Shown here: piece after piece, positions 12,456 through 28,040 of the stretch | Numbering within the stretch: position 1 is the first letter of the stretch | Layout of the letters: every line of letters starts with the position of its first letter | NCBI GenBank assembly: GCA_964016885.1 | Contig: OZ024755.1 | Location: 10,478,001-10,542,000 of the forward strand | Direction of reading: 5' to 3' | Source of the DNA: Eledone cirrhosa | Taxonomy: Eukaryota | DNA: 64,000 nucleotides | Position numbers and translations under genes: made by a program | The notes under the pieces: generated by a model | What the model was told of the DNA's origin: nothing | What the model saw: the letters and a program-made list of their open reading frames with translations, nothing else | The model's database searches: none

Positions 12456-14804
12456 TATTACTGATAGAAAGGCAGAGAGTCGAGCTAAAATATACAGCAC
12501 TAGGTTTAAACCCATGCCATAGCTAGATGAGCTAGTTGCTGTAACCTGACGTTCACCAGCCTTATCTAATCCCATACCTGTCAAAAGAAGATGAATCTTG
12601 AAAAGAATTGTCCTAGTTTTTAGTTACTATATCTCTCTTACCAAGTGTAATCTACCACCGTAATGCATCATATGTGTTTATATATTTATTGGTATGTAAA
12701 TTTTATCTGCATATAAATCTTTTCGAATCACAAACACACACGCAATGCATTTCCAATCTCAGTTATGCTACTACAATGAGGGGTTAGCTTACCAATCACG
12801 AGGTGCTCGGTTCTAACCATCCATATATCCGTAAATTAAATCCCGTATATCATTTGTACGTATAAGCTGAACTTATATGTAATTGTATTCTAGAAATATT
12901 TTATTAAAATATCATTCTCATATTCAATTACCTCAAAGTGTCAATAATTATATATAAACTATAGGATTTCTCTAACGTTTACCCGTTCAAACGCATATTC
13001 CCCAGTTTGTATGATTGTTAATATGCCTGGAAATCCTGGTGAATAGGGTGTACCATTTCAGGTCTCCTAAAATGAAATACATTGAGTTTATACCGTCATT
13101 ATTGACGGCAGGAATCCTTTAGTTTGAAGCTAAATACCACCAAGATCCGACACTCTAATGCTTTATTGCCTTGTCCAATATAACATCCCTCGTTCACTGT
13201 ATATAAGTATGATTATTTGGAGTGAGGATAAGGCATGTCTTCTCAAAGAAGTTGATACCAACAACAAAACAGCTTCAAGAAAAATAATAACAGTAAGTTT
13301 ATATAAACAGAAACTAAACAATAAAAATAAGATTCCATTACGTTAATCTAATGTATCCTATTCAATTCTATCAAATCGGTTGAGTGTTAAAATTTCTGTT
13401 TTGCAGCATATCAAAATGAACGTCTCAAAGGCATAGCAGTTTATATATATATATATATATATAATGTGTGTGTGTGTGTATTTGTGTGTATATATATATT
13501 TGGGTGTGTGTATATATATATATATAGATAATATATATATATATATATATATATATAGGAATAGTAAAGCAAAAATATGCGTTTATTGAAAGAGATGCAC
13601 TCAAACATACGCAGCAATATATAATTTTAGAAACATGTAAGAATATGATTATGGATTGTCAGTTATAATAATAATGATATATGTTTTCTCTACCACAGAG
13701 ATTTTGTAGAATGTAAAATGTCGGATAGCTCTACATTCTGGGGTTTGATGCATCACAAGATAAATTATATGCAAGTTTTTCTGAACACATGTTGATACAA
13801 ACATACAAACAGTCAGTTAGATGTACACAGACATTATGTATTTCCAAATATTTGCCTCTCTCCCGCTTTCTCTATTTTTGTATGTATGTGTGTATGTGTC
13901 ACTCTTTTTATGCATATGTGTTCTATCTACTTCTCAATAACTAAACATCGAAAAATAAGATGCTGGTTAATTCAGCTGATTAAAACTGATAACAATTGCT
14001 TAAACAATTTAGCCACATTCTATGATCAATTCACCAATTTACCAACCAGTTTATCAAATATGCAACATACTACCACAAAATCCCGTACTGTCCCCATTTA
14101 GGCCACAATTTACTGTTTTACCCAGACATTCACGTACAATCTATTATTTAACATTTCCCTTTACATACTGTGTAGCCACCAATTTAATAAAAATCAATTA
14201 TATTTCTCACATCTTAAACACAAAGTTCCCCCCTTTAACAACAATACTCTTTTACCAATCACTCATCCACCATTTTCCCACGATGTTAAAAACATTCCCA
14301 TTTTACACACTGTATCACTCCTATATTACTCATGATTTAGCCACAAAATTATCCACCGTTTTAATAATCCACTACACCAATATTTTACTCGCCAATGTAC
14401 AAACGATTTTAAGAACAATTTATTATTCTAATCAAATCTTAACCACATCTTAACCACGAACTTTCCCATCATCCTCCGCACGTTACCAACATTGAAATAC
14501 GCTATAATACACATCTATTACGCACCACATTATCTACATATCTTACCCATTTTAACAACTCTCAACTAAAGGTTTTGTAACTAATGTTTTTGTTTTTTAA
14601 TCTATCATGCTTATGTAAATATAATGCTTGCTGACATTGGCTCAAGACCAAACATTTTGAAGAAGGTTTGTATTCAGATTAATCGATTCAAATAAGGTGG
14701 TTGGGATATTAGGAATGGGGATATTTTAATCGATGTGGAATGTTACAACAGCCCGAGTTGAACTTAGATAATGGGCATTAGGTAACGAAAGGTTACAAAA
14801 CAAT

Positions 14805-15132
14805 TTTCATCGGCCCGTAAGGGTGAAAGGCAAAGATAACTTCGGTGGTATTTGAACTCAGAACGTAAAGGGATGTAACTTTATGCCACACATTTAGTTC
14901 GACACTGTACCGATACTGCCAATCCACTACCATCATCACCCGAATAATGGTTTCTGATTTAGACAAAGCCAACAATTTTGAGGGAGGGAGAAGTCGGTTA
15001 GCTCCACCCCAGTGCGTGACTGGTACATTATTTTATCAAACCCATAAGGATGAAAGTCAAAGCTAACCTCGGTGGGATTTGAACTCAGAATTTAAATGGA
15101 CGGCGCTCTACGGTCACCGCCAATCCACCGTC
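14805..15132 (-). mobile_element. Two adjacent SINE family A copies
   Basis: 14805-14932 and 14945-15132 both show G(G/A)TGAAAG.CAAAG.TAAC.TCGGTGG.ATTTGAACTCAGAA and GCCAATCCAC. Confidence 0.8.
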
Positions 15133-15445
15133 CTCTCACAGTCATATAATGTTAATCTTTCTGAGATATTACATCATAAGCTTTCCCTATCACCTATTAC
15201 AATTACTGTAACCTATGTAAACAACGGTGTGTCATATTTTAATGATGACATTGTATTATTAATTTTCCTTCAATTTAATATAATAATTAGTAACATATAT
15301 TGTGATAATTGGTTTCAAATATCTCTTATATTGCCAATAATGAATAATGATGAATACAGCTTTAATAAATCAGGGTATTTAATTTTAAGAGATGGAAAAT
15401 TAATTAAATGATATTGCTGTAGAATAAATACAAACGTCACATCTC

Positions 15446-15496
<51 letters not shown>

Positions 15497-15580
15497 TATA
15501 TATATATTTGTCTGTTGGTGCGTATATATATATATATTTGTCTGTTAGTGGGTATATATATATATATTTGTCTGTTGGTG

Positions 15581-15621
<41 letters not shown>

Positions 15622-15789
15622 TTGTCTGTTGGTGGGTATATATATATATATATATGAGAGCAGCAGCAGTTTTCAGCTAAGTGTTATAGTTACCATTATA
15701 TATATTATGTATGTATGTATGTATATTTATATATATATATATATATGTATATTGTATATATATATACAATATACATACATTGTATGTAT

Positions 15790-15839
<50 letters not shown>

Positions 15840-16078
15840 ATACATTCATATATATATCTATATATTTATATGTATGTATATTGTATATATATATATATAT
15901 ACATAAATACATATATGTTTATATATATATATACAATATACATTCATATATATATCTATATATCTATATGTATGTATAGTGTATATATATATATATACAT
16001 ACATATATACATAAATACATATATGTTTATATATACATATACATAACATACAATCCAATCCAAGAAAAACACACATTC

Positions 16079-16114
<36 letters not shown>

Positions 16115-16934
16115 ATGTGCGCGCGTACGTGTGTATGCATAGGCACTGGTGAAGTGACGATTTTGATTGGCGATGCCCTAAGGAGTTTCTCAATAGAAAT
16201 CAATGGTGTATTCGACACACTGTAACTTATAAGTTATAAATATACTTGGTTGAATGCAATACTATTTAAGCTCCTCTATAATCTGTTCAAAACATTTGTT
16301 ATTCTTACGGCATCGTATGGATTTAATCTCGCATATCTATTTCTGTAAACATAAGCTCTATATTAAATAAAATATCATCGTTGTACTTGTCTTCCACTCA
16401 CTAGAGTTGAGGTTTAAGTATAAGTTTTTCAGTTGATGCTGCAATTTATTTTACATCGCCCTCTCTCTTTCTCTCTCCACACATATATATACATCACATA
16501 TACTCAGAGGTCATTAGGTACACACATACAGGCACATGTGTGTTTGTGTACGTGTATGTATATTCTGCAGTTGAATACAAAGTTTACTTTGCTGTAGTGC
16601 TGTCCAATTTGCCATATTCTGCTAACATTTACACACTATATAGCCGACACAGCTAAAACTTAATGAAATGCTCTGTTGGGCCATGTAAGATCTCTAATGA
16701 TCATTTCGTGGCAAAACCACATATCCCGATAGGAGTTGCTGTAGCTTGAAAATATGCGTAGTTTGCAGTCCATTCTCCTGTTTTTACAGCTGAGCTGAAT
16801 GGGGCTTATGAATCTTTAGGTGGGCACTGGGATAGCCAAATCTGCATATCGTTTGAATTTATAGAACCTATATGCTCTGTACGAATGTTCATTGTTGAGT
16901 GACTTAATAGATATATATCATATACGTATTTATA

Positions 16935-16984
<50 letters not shown>

Positions 16985-16986
<2 letters not shown>

Positions 16987-17107
16987 GAAGAAGGAGACCG
17001 AGCTTGACATATGCTCATGCCCTAAGGACAGACACCGTTCTCTTAGAGACGCGGGACATGATGAAGGTCGGAGCCCGCTGGAAAGAACAGGTCCATGGAT
17101 CCCGCCC
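16985..17107 (+). mobile_element. RTE LINE 3'-terminal fragment in (TA)n
   Basis: Translates RRRPSLTYAHALRTDTVLLETRDMMKVGARWKEQVHGSRP, homologous to the C-terminus of the 42921 element (GRPRLTYVDALRTHTGLLET...RWKELIHGS). Confidence 0.85.
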
Positions 17108-17749
17108 TATATATATATAATGTGTGCGCGCATATGTTTGTGCACATGTCCTATAACTTAACGGATCGACAAAAAGATCACGATAAAATAAGTGGCAGAT
17201 TTTGAAAAAAGAAACTATATATTGCTGTGAATGGATGACATCTACTTCACAGTAGTGTAGTGTCTCGACATAATCAAACACAGTTCAATGACAGAAAACA
17301 GAATAAGATAGAATATGTGATTTGCTGCGCTCTAGTTCGAAGATTTGTGTTGAAACTAAGCAAGAGAATGTAAGGATTAAATGTTGAGTAAAAAGTATAA
17401 AGATATCAATATGTAATTTGAAAAGGAAACAGACATTAAATCGCTGAGATGTAATACATAACGCGGTCACCCGGAAATTGATAAGAATATTTTTCAAGTC
17501 TTTTCAAAATTGCGCTATCTATTATTTCGATATGTCCGAATGTCCGAGACTTTAATCCCTCGTATATGCATGCTTAGTTATATATATATTTATGTATTTA
17601 TCTGTCTATCTATATATCTATATCTATATATCAGCCTATGTATCTATCATTCTCTCTCTCTCTCTGTATATATATATATATATATAATGTGTGTTCTTGT
17701 GTGGTATGTATGGGTGTATAAATGTATTTCTCTATACAGCTATATCTAT

Positions 17750-18186
17750 GTATATATGTATATATATATATTATATATATATATTATAAATGTATATGTA
17801 TATATATATTATATATATTATATTTTGTATATATATATTATATATATATTATATATGTATATACATATATTATATATATATTTTATATGTATAAATATAT
17901 TATATATATATATTATATGTGCATATATGTATATGTATATATATATATATTATATATATATATTATGTATATATATATATATTATATATATATATTATTT
18001 ATATATATATATTATATATATATATATATATTATATATATATATTATATATGTATATATATATTATATATTATATATGTATATATATATTATATATGTAT
18101 ATATATATATTATATATATCTATTATATATATATATATATGTATATATATATTATATATTATATATGTATATATATATTATATATG

Positions 18187-18217
<31 letters not shown>

Positions 18218-19620
18218 TATATATTATATATGTATATATATATGTATATATATATTATATATATCTATTATATATATATATGTATATATATATTATACAT
18301 TATATATGTATATATATTATATATGTATATATATATTATATATATATATTATATATATATTATATATATATATTATATATATATATTATATATATATATA
18401 TTATATATATATATTATATATATATATTATATATATATATTATATATATATATATTATATATATATATATTATATATATATATATTATATATATATATAT
18501 ATATTATATATATATATATTATATATATATATTATATATATATATATTATATATATATATTATATATATATATTATATATATATATTATATATATATATA
18601 TTATATATATATATATTATATATGTATATTATATATATATATTATATTTATATATATATATTATATATGTATATTATATATATATATTATATTTATATAT
18701 ATATATTATATATATATATTATATTTATATATATATATTATATATGTATATTATATATATATATTATATTTATATATATATATTATATATGTATATTATA
18801 TATATATATTATATATATATGTATATTATATATATATATTATATATGTATATTATATATGTATATATATATTATATATTATATATGTATTATATATATAT
18901 TATATATGTATATATATATTATATATGTATTATATATATATTATATATGTATATATATATTATATATGTATTATATATATATTATATATGTATATATATA
19001 TTATATATGTATTATATATATATTATATATGTATATATATTATATATGTATATATATTATATATGTATTATATATATATTATATATGTATTATATATATA
19101 TTATATATGTATATATATATTATATATATATTATATATGTATTATATATATATTATATATGTATATATATTATATATGTATATATATATTATATATGTAT
19201 TATATATATATTATATATGTATTTATATATATTATATATGTATATATATATATTAGATATATATATATATATATTATATATGTATATATATATATATTAT
19301 ATATGTATATATATATATATTATATATGTATATATATATATTATATATATGTATATATATATATTATATATATATATTATATATGTATATATATATATTA
19401 TATATGTATATATTATATGTATATATTATATATGTATATATATATATTATATATGTATATATTATATGTATATATTATATATGTATATATATATATTATA
19501 TATGTATATATATATATTATATATGTATATATTATATGTATATTATATATTATATATATATTATATGTATATTATATATTATATTATATATTATATATAT
19601 ATGTATTTATATATATGTAT
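17750..19620. repeat. Long (TA)n-derived tract with TATTATATATG units
   Basis: Direct inspection. The 445-708 aa ORFs here are artefacts. Confidence 0.95.
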
Positions 19621-19778
19621 AAAATACGTAGTTTAGAAAGCCACAACAATGTAGATGGGAAATCTCGAGGAAGGAAGTGAATGATAGATAGGAGAAATAG
19701 GAGAAAGTGAAAATTGAGAGAGACAAAGATGAAAACAAAACAAAGGTAGAAGGGTCACCGTAGTGGAGATTTAATCCT

Positions 19779-19842
19779 ATATGTATATATGTGTATATAT
19801 TATATATGTATATATATTATATATGTATATATTATATATGTA

Positions 19843-19885
<43 letters not shown>

Positions 19886-21337
19886 ATATGTGTATATATA
19901 TATATTATATATGTATATATGTATATATATATATATATGTGTGTATATGTGTATATATATATATTATATATGTGTATATATATATATATTATATATGTGT
20001 ATATATATATATTATATATGTGTATATATATATATTATATATGTGTATATATATATATTATATATGTGTATATATATATATTATATATGTGTATATATAT
20101 ATATTATATATGTATATATATATATATTATATATGTGTATATATATATATTATATATGTGTATATATATATATTATATATGTGTATATATATATTATATA
20201 TGTATATATATATATGTGTATATGTATATATATATATGTGTATATGTATATATATATATGTGTATATATATATATATGTGTATCTGTATATATATATATA
20301 TATGTGTATCTGTATATATATATATACATGTGTATATGTATATATATATGTGTATATATATATATGTGTATATATATATATGTGTATATATATATATGTG
20401 TATATATATATGTGTGTATATATATATGTGTATATATATATATGTGTATATATATATATATATGTGTATATGTATATGTGTATATATTATATATGTATAT
20501 ATTATATATGTATACATATATATGTATATATTATATATGTATATATTATATATGTATACATATATATGTGTATACATATATATGTATATATTATATATGT
20601 ATATATTATATGTATATATTATATATGTATACATATATATGTATATATTATATATGTATATATTATATATGTATACATATATATATGTATATATTATATA
20701 TGTATATATTATATATGTATATGTATATATGTATGTATATATATGTATACATGTATATATATGTATACATGTATATATATATGTATACATGTATATATAT
20801 ATGTATACATGTATATATATATGTATACATGTATATATATATGTATACATATATATGTATACATGTATATGTATACATGTATATATATATATGTATACAT
20901 GTATATATATATATGTATACATATATATATATGTATACATATATATATATGTATACATATATATATATGTATATATATATATGTATACATATATATATAT
21001 GTATACATATATATATATATGTATACATATATATGTATACGTGTATATATATATGTATACGTGTATATATATGTATACGTGTATATATATATGTATACGT
21101 GTATATATATGTATACGTGTATATATATATATGTATACGTGTATATATATATGTATACGTGTATATATATGTATACATGTATATATATATATACATGTAT
21201 ATATATATATATACATGTATATATATATACATGTATATATATATATATACATGTATATATATATACATGTATATATATATATATACATGTATATATATAT
21301 ACATGTATATATATATATATATACATGTATATATATG

Positions 21338-21368
<31 letters not shown>

Positions 21369-21445
21369 ATATGTTTATATAATATATATACATATATATA
21401 TATATGTGTGTGTGTATATATATACGTGTATATGTGTATATATGC
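19779..21445. repeat. Long (TA)n-derived tract with GTGT, TACATG and TACGTG variants
   Basis: Direct inspection. Confidence 0.95.
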
Positions 21446-21657
21446 ATAAACACCCCACCTACCCCCCACACACACGTATTCAATATAATCTCGTTTCAAA
21501 CACGTATCAGTCGCTGGTGAATTATTTTACAAACATATTTGTCGGTATATTTTTGGGAAATCTCCAAAAATGCCGCATTGTATATCAGCCTTTCAATCTT
21601 CTCAACGTCTTCACAGATTACACTAAGCTGTCCGTAAGTATAAACAAAATTTGAATA

Positions 21658-21658
<1 letters not shown>

Positions 21659-21724
<66 letters not shown>
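21659..21724. repeat. (CA)n microsatellite
   Basis: Direct inspection. Confidence 0.95.
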
Positions 21725-21726
<2 letters not shown>

Positions 21727-22279
21727 AAGGGAAATTCCCCGGCACAGTAAAATATCTGTATTGTGAAGTGTGTGCTTACAGTCCTCTGTGTATTAATTTA
21801 TCGATCAGAACTGTATCAACTTAAAACCACAGTCGTACCCGCTCACTTTCACATGTCATCTCTTTCCGCCAATGCCCTTTGTATACATATATATACACGC
21901 AAACACATTCACACACACCTATATATATATATATATATATATATATGGTGGCTGCCAACTCGTTTTCGAGTACGGCCACTACTTTATATCCATGTAGGAG
22001 AACCCCTACTGATGCGCTGAACGAGTGTGACTTTTTAGTCCAGCCAGCGACTTGAAAGCTCTGGTACAAACACTACACTTGTGACAATTATTGACACATA
22101 GTGCTGGGCCCATGGTACCATGTGACGACAAGTGCAGAGAGATCTCCAGATATAAAGCAATGCCTGTGCCGTGAAGCTTTTATAGTGAGCAAAGGCACTG
22201 CACAAAGCCAGTCCCACTCTCTTAACCAAGATGATATTTACCAAAAAGAAGAACAAGTCAACATCATTGGATACCATCA

Positions 22280-22355
22280 GGGTTGCAGGTGTTATATCAG
22301 AGTTTTCCTTCTCCTAGAATTCTGCCTTGACAAAGGCTAAGGGGTCATCTCTCCC

Positions 22356-22357
<2 letters not shown>
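22280..22357 (+). mobile_element. Possible RTE-type LINE 5' UTR remnant
   Basis: CAGAGTTTTCCTTCTCCTAGA...TGCCTTGACAAAGGCTAAGGGG resembles a motif I recall from RTE 5' UTRs. Unverified. Confidence 0.35.
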
Positions 22358-22395
<38 letters not shown>

Positions 22396-22820
22396 CAATA
22401 GGTATATATAATATATATGTATATATATGTTTATATATATATATATGTTTATATATGTTTATATATATATATGTTTATATATATATATATATATATATAT
22501 ACATACAATAGGTATATATAATATATATGTATATATATGTTTATATATATATATGTTTATATATGTTTATATATATATATGTTTATATATATATATATAT
22601 ATATACATACATATAAGTATATATAATATATATGTATACATATGTTTATATATATACATACATATATGTATATATAATATATATGAATATATATGTTTAT
22701 ATATATATATATATATATACAAACATATATGTATATATAATATATATGTATATATATGTTTACATATATATACTCACACACACACACACCTGTGTGTGTG
22801 TGTGTGTGTGTATGTATATA

Positions 22821-22860
<40 letters not shown>

Positions 22861-22861
<1 letters not shown>

Positions 22862-23707
22862 GAGGTGTGTCAGAAAAGTTCCAGGACTGATGTCACAAAA
22901 GATTTATTTCAAACCCAAACTTCACACTAAGAGTTTTCTCCTTCAAAGTAGCTGTAATCTTAACTCTCTGCAGGGATCAAACTTTTTTCTTCACAATTTT
23001 ATATACATGTCCTCTGTTTCAGGTCGTCAAGCAATGATCACAGAGCAACGAACGGTTGGGGAAAACTCCGTCAGAAGCATTGGGATTGCTGCAGCAAGTG
23101 TATGGAGATGAGACAATGTCACGCTCACGTGTTTTTGAGTGGTGCAAGAGATTTAAAGCAGGACGCGAGGACGTGGAAGTTGAACCCATGACTGAGGTCA
23201 ACGTTGAGCGCGTCAGGCAGATGGTGCGTAGCGATCGTCGACTGTCGGTTCGACTGATGGCATATGAGCTGGGCATGAATCGGGACAGCGTCTGGAAGAT
23301 TCTCACTGAAGATTTGGATATACGGAAAGTCTGCGCGAAGATGGTGCCAAAACTGCTGAACGATGACCAGAATGGTCGACGCATGCAAGTGTGCCAGGAC
23401 ATCCTCGAGCGTCTTGAAACCGAACCAGACTTGCTAGGACAGTCATCACCGGTGATCGATGCTCAAGGGGGTCATCAAGGGGACCCGTTTTGAAGACGTG
23501 GACGACATCAAAAAGGACGTGACGGCGGAACTGCGGAGGATCCCGGAAGAATCCTTCCAGGAGTGCATGCAAGCGTGGCAGAAAAGGATGGAAAAGTGCA
23601 TTAGACACCATGTGGATTATTTTGAAGGAGAAAATTCTTAGTGTGAAGTTTGGGTTTGAAATAAATCTTTTGTGACATCAGTCCTGGAACTTTTCTGACA
23701 CACCTCG
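22861..23707 (+). mobile_element. Non-autonomous Tc1/mariner element, 847 bp
   Basis: TIR CGAGGTGTGTCAGAAAAGTTCCAGGACTGATGTCACAAAAGATTTATTTCAAACCCAAACTTCACACTAAGA at both ends, extending to ~90 bp with 2 mismatches. TA flanks within (TA)n. Confidence 0.95.
23030..23641 (+). pseudogene. Mariner transposase pseudogene, catalytic domain deleted
   Basis: HTH region [51 protein letters not shown] (WVPHEL-like), frameshifted VITGD joined directly to LKGVIKGTRFEDVDDIK...WQKRMEKCI...YFEG. Confidence 0.92.
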
Positions 23708-23726
23708 TATATACACATATATATAT

Positions 23727-23797
<71 letters not shown>

Positions 23798-23991
23798 AAC
23801 ACGTACATATATATATATATATATATATATATGTGCATATATATATTTGTGTATTTGCGTCTGTATATGACATTCAAGCAATGCTTCGATCTGCCACGTG
23901 GCATTCAACCAATACGGTCTCAGAAATGTCTTCTCTTCTTCGTCATCTCTCTCAGTACCAAACATTTAGGAAATTACCTGGGTTTTCCTTT

Positions 23992-24025
<34 letters not shown>

Positions 24026-25130
24026 ATACTCCTACACAGCTCAAATGGTGCAGATAAAATCTTCCATACATAATACACTGACACATACACACATCCGGAC
24101 ATTCATATACACACATAACAAACACGCGTATACATCACATACACAAGATATAAACAATACACACAGCCACTCGATGCACCTCAACAACACACATACATGC
24201 CAGCATCACTGATAGACCGGGTCACACCTCGGCCACTTCTCCACTCTATTAGAGTACCCCATACCCCCATAAGCCTATTTCATATATAGGATTTTCATGA
24301 ATGCCAATGACTATTTGTTTCAATGAATTTAGATGTATTTTGTAAAATAAGTAAATATATTATGAAAGTGATGTTTGGAAACTACATTAACGGTGTTCTT
24401 TCTTATGTAAAATTATGATAGACGTTGTTTTGTATTATATAACGACAATTTCAGGCTCTTGTCCTCAAAAAGGTTAAATTTTAACTAATACATCTAGGCG
24501 GCAACCATGCTAGTCTCAATGATAACGCTATCTCTGAGAATAATTCATACTGTATATATTTCGTTGTAGATTTGAATTAAACAAAACAGTGAAGCTAAAT
24601 ACCTATTCTTATCGATTTCATTTGTATATATTGGGCGATCTATTTATTCGTTAATTTCTTTCAATATGATCAATGTTGACAGAAGAAAGGGAACAATAAG
24701 GGAAGAAAACAGTCACATAATTATTCATAGCCACGACAAGCGTCTGTCTAGGCAGTCAATTTTGATCATAATACCACGAGAAATTATTGCCAAATTCGCC
24801 ATATTGCTTAAGTTTTGTGTGGTCTTAATGTAAAGTATTTTATTATTTTGCTATTTGTCTTCAATGAATAATCACGAACAGACGTGTGTGTGTGTGTGCG
24901 TGCGAATGAATATATATATATATATGGGCGTCTGTGAAAGCGTGTGACTTTGTATGTGTTTGTCGTATCATGCTGGTTGTCTTCATATTTTTCGACAAAA
25001 GAGATCTTCCTGGAACGAATCGACAAACATACTTCATTACTTAATTTTCTCATGCTTCGTATTTATTCAAATTCAAATTCCTGTTAACATTTATTTGTAA
25101 TATTCTAATAATCACTAATATTCGTATACA

Positions 25131-25413
25131 AAATAATTGTTTCTACTTTTGGCACAAGGCCAAAAATTACCCAGTACATTACTGGTACTTTATTTTATCG
25201 ACCCCGTAAGGATGAAAGGCAAAATAATTGTTTCTACTTTTGGCACAAGGCCATCAATTACCCAGTACATTACTGGTACTTGATTTTATCGACCCCGTAA
25301 GGATGAAAGGCAAAGTTAACCTCAGCGGGATTTGAACTCAGACCGTAAAGGGACGTAACTATACTGGAAAGCATGGCGTCCGACTCTCTACCGATACTGC
25401 CAATCCACACCCG
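25131..25413 (-). mobile_element. Nested SINE family A pair (truncated plus full length)
   Basis: Truncated 3' half at 25131-25222 followed by a full copy. TSD GATGAAAGGCAAAATAAT at 25211-25228 and 25416-25433. Confidence 0.9.
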
Positions 25414-25867
25414 GTGATGAAAGGCAAAATAATGTTTCAGTTTCTGTGTGTATCCTCATTACGAAATGTCATGTTTACGATCTTGATAATGATGACGATT
25501 GCGATACTGATGGATATTATGATATTGATGATGGTGATGAGGCAGGGATGAGAGTTAAGTTGGTATTTTACTCATGATGACAATGTAGATGACGACCTTT
25601 ATTATGAACACATACTTGGATGTTATAAAACATATTAAGTATCGCTGCAAAAAACGTGCACCTAGTAGTAAATAAAGGTTTATCAAACATAGAAATACGA
25701 GCTGGTGTAACTATTCATTTATAACATGAGGTGTGTTTGTAATAGAGTTATTAATTCCCGATCGTCAACATTGTACCATTAAGTAAATTGTGTTATGCCA
25801 AGTGTAACCTTGTTTGTAATTTTATCCCTGGGGTGTATTTAATAAAAGAGGAATAGTTTATTTGGTC

Positions 25868-25898
<31 letters not shown>

Positions 25899-26346
25899 TG
25901 TGTGTGTACTTATATGTAGAGGTAGAGACAAAGAGATTGAGAAATGAATATATATAGAGAGAGAAAGAGAGAGAAAAGCTTACTTCTATCCTTAGGTTTA
26001 ATTACAATCGACACACATTAAAGGATTAATATGAGAAAGATAAAGCGTTATATATATGAGGTTTACAGATAGTTGATGAGGTTTACCTTGATAGTTGATG
26101 AAGAACTTGGCTTTGGTTACTTTATTAACTGGCTGTTGTGTTATGTGAGACATGTTTTGTGATTTCTTGTTTAGAGGACCAGCAGACTGGGCTATGTGGA
26201 GCTTGCATTTGGTATCCGCTATCTAAAACATACAGTGGTTGCTCAAGATAATTTCAAATTGATTTATTATAAGCAACACCATCTCATATATTCTGTTATA
26301 TATTTTGCTACTATTCATTTTTAAATATACATTCTTTGTTTTGTTT

Positions 26347-26560
26347 GGCGCTGAACTGGTGAAGTCGTCAGAGCCTCTGACACAATACTTTACGGCATTG
26401 GGTTGCCTTTCTGTTCTGTGTTCAAATCCTACCGAGGTCTATCTTGCCATTTATCATTCTGGAGAAGATGAAATAAATATCAGTTAAGTAAGGTGTTCGA
26501 TATAGTCAACTGATTTCCTCCGCAGCCTTTCTAGCCTTGTGACTATGTATGAAATCATTA
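26347..26560 (+). mobile_element. Old SINE family A-related copy
   Basis: GGCGCTGAACTGG head, GTTCAAATCCTACCGAGGTC, AGCCTTGTGACTA tail. Confidence 0.65.
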
Positions 26561-27720
26561 TAAATATCGTTAGTTTCTTTAAATCAACAATAAAGTTGAA
26601 TGCAGTAAAGAAGCAAACTGAAAATTGAAAATGACAAATAAACAGTAAAATTGAAAATAACTATTAGCAAAAAGGAATAAAAAACTATATGCCACCAGTT
26701 TCCAAAATCCATTAAACCAATCAATAAAACGTGCATACCTGTTTAGGTGGTGATTTGACCATCGTCTTCAAATAGATTGCAATGCTTGATTTTCAAAATG
26801 GAAGAATAATAATTTAAAGTATTTTTTTTAAATTAAACTTCATGGTGTTGGTGGTGTTAATTGTCGTCGTCGTTTTCATTTTCGTAATGTTGGTGAGAGC
26901 GATGAAGGTGATTATTATGATCATTATTAGTTGTGGTTGTAGTAGTAGTAGTATATGGCGAATGTTTAAAATCATGTTCAGAAGTTATACAATGACGGTT
27001 TTTTTCAAAATGGAGGTAAAATATTATTGCGTTTTTTTTTTCTTCTATCAATTTTCATGGAAATTATATATTTTTATATCATATTTCTGTTTTGTTTCTC
27101 TGTTTTAAAACTGTGAAATGTAAACATTATAATGAACCCATTTTATATTGGTAATGCTGTTGACGTACAGTGGTCATCATGATGATTGTGGTGTTGGAGG
27201 TAGTTGTGTTGTCGTTACGGCTGGTGATGGTGGCAATAGTGATGCTTGCAACGGCGACAACGACGTTGGGGATGATGATGGTGATAAAGATGATTATGAA
27301 GATGATGTTAACAATGAATATCATTATCAGAAATGATTATTAATGAATGAGGAAATTATTATAATGAATATCATGATCAACATGATTGTTGTACTCATCA
27401 TCATCAACACCACTACTATTACCATTATCATCATCATTTTCGGCAGTACCCATAACAGGATATGGACTTCGTTTTGATAAGTTCAGATAATGTGTGATGA
27501 AATAACAATTAGGCGGATGGCCTTCTGGTTATTTAACCAAACGCTGAACAGATTTGATTAATAGCGAAAAACTGAAGCAAAAGACCACTGGTGCGCGAGT
27601 CATTATTGGCAGCATGAAAGCAGTCACCCTGGCATAACAATTTCCCTTCTCAGCATCACCAGTGTCGTCCAAGGGGGAGGAAAAGAGCGATAGAACTTGG
27701 CACCAGTTACATCGCAACTA

Positions 27721-27860
27721 AATTTCTAGAGCTGAGTGAACTGCAGCAACATGAAATAAAGTGTCTTGCTCAAGGAGACAAAGCATCGCGCGGTACGATA
27801 ATCAAACTCACCATCGTAAGATTATGAATCGAACACTTTAACCACTATGCGAGTCACCAT
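27721..27860 (-). mobile_element. tRNA-derived SINE family D (head and core)
   Basis: AGCTGAGTGAACTGCAGCAACATGAAATAAAGTGTCTTGCTCAAGGAGACAA...TTAACCACTA. Related to 9950-10088 and 2685-2790. Confidence 0.65.
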
Positions 27861-27878
27861 TTGGGTATGTATGTGTGT

Positions 27879-28040
27879 ATGGTATCGTAACCTCTGACAG
27901 AGTCGTATTCGGCGTTTCTTGGGCATTTTAACCCTAGCGGAACCCATCCTACTCCAGGACTAAGTACAGCAAATTTCTTCCAGAGAAAGATAGAAATTGA
28001 GTAAGGAGGAAATGAGAAAGCTATTTAGAGGAAGAATCGC
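27879..28040 (+). repeat. Unclassified dispersed repeat (family U)
   Basis: Aligns to the reverse complement of 2410-2578. Confidence 0.6.

Noticed and set aside
14000-14570. G-poor region with a 143-aa ORF
   Set aside because: Looks like decayed CCACA-rich simple repeat. No recognisable protein motif.
17510-21654. Very long ORFs (up to 708 aa) rich in Y/I/C/V/M
   Set aside because: Translations of (TA)n/(TG)n tracts, open in several frames and on both strands. The same applies to ORFs at 4.1-6.2, 31.9-34.2 and 46.8-49.4 kb.
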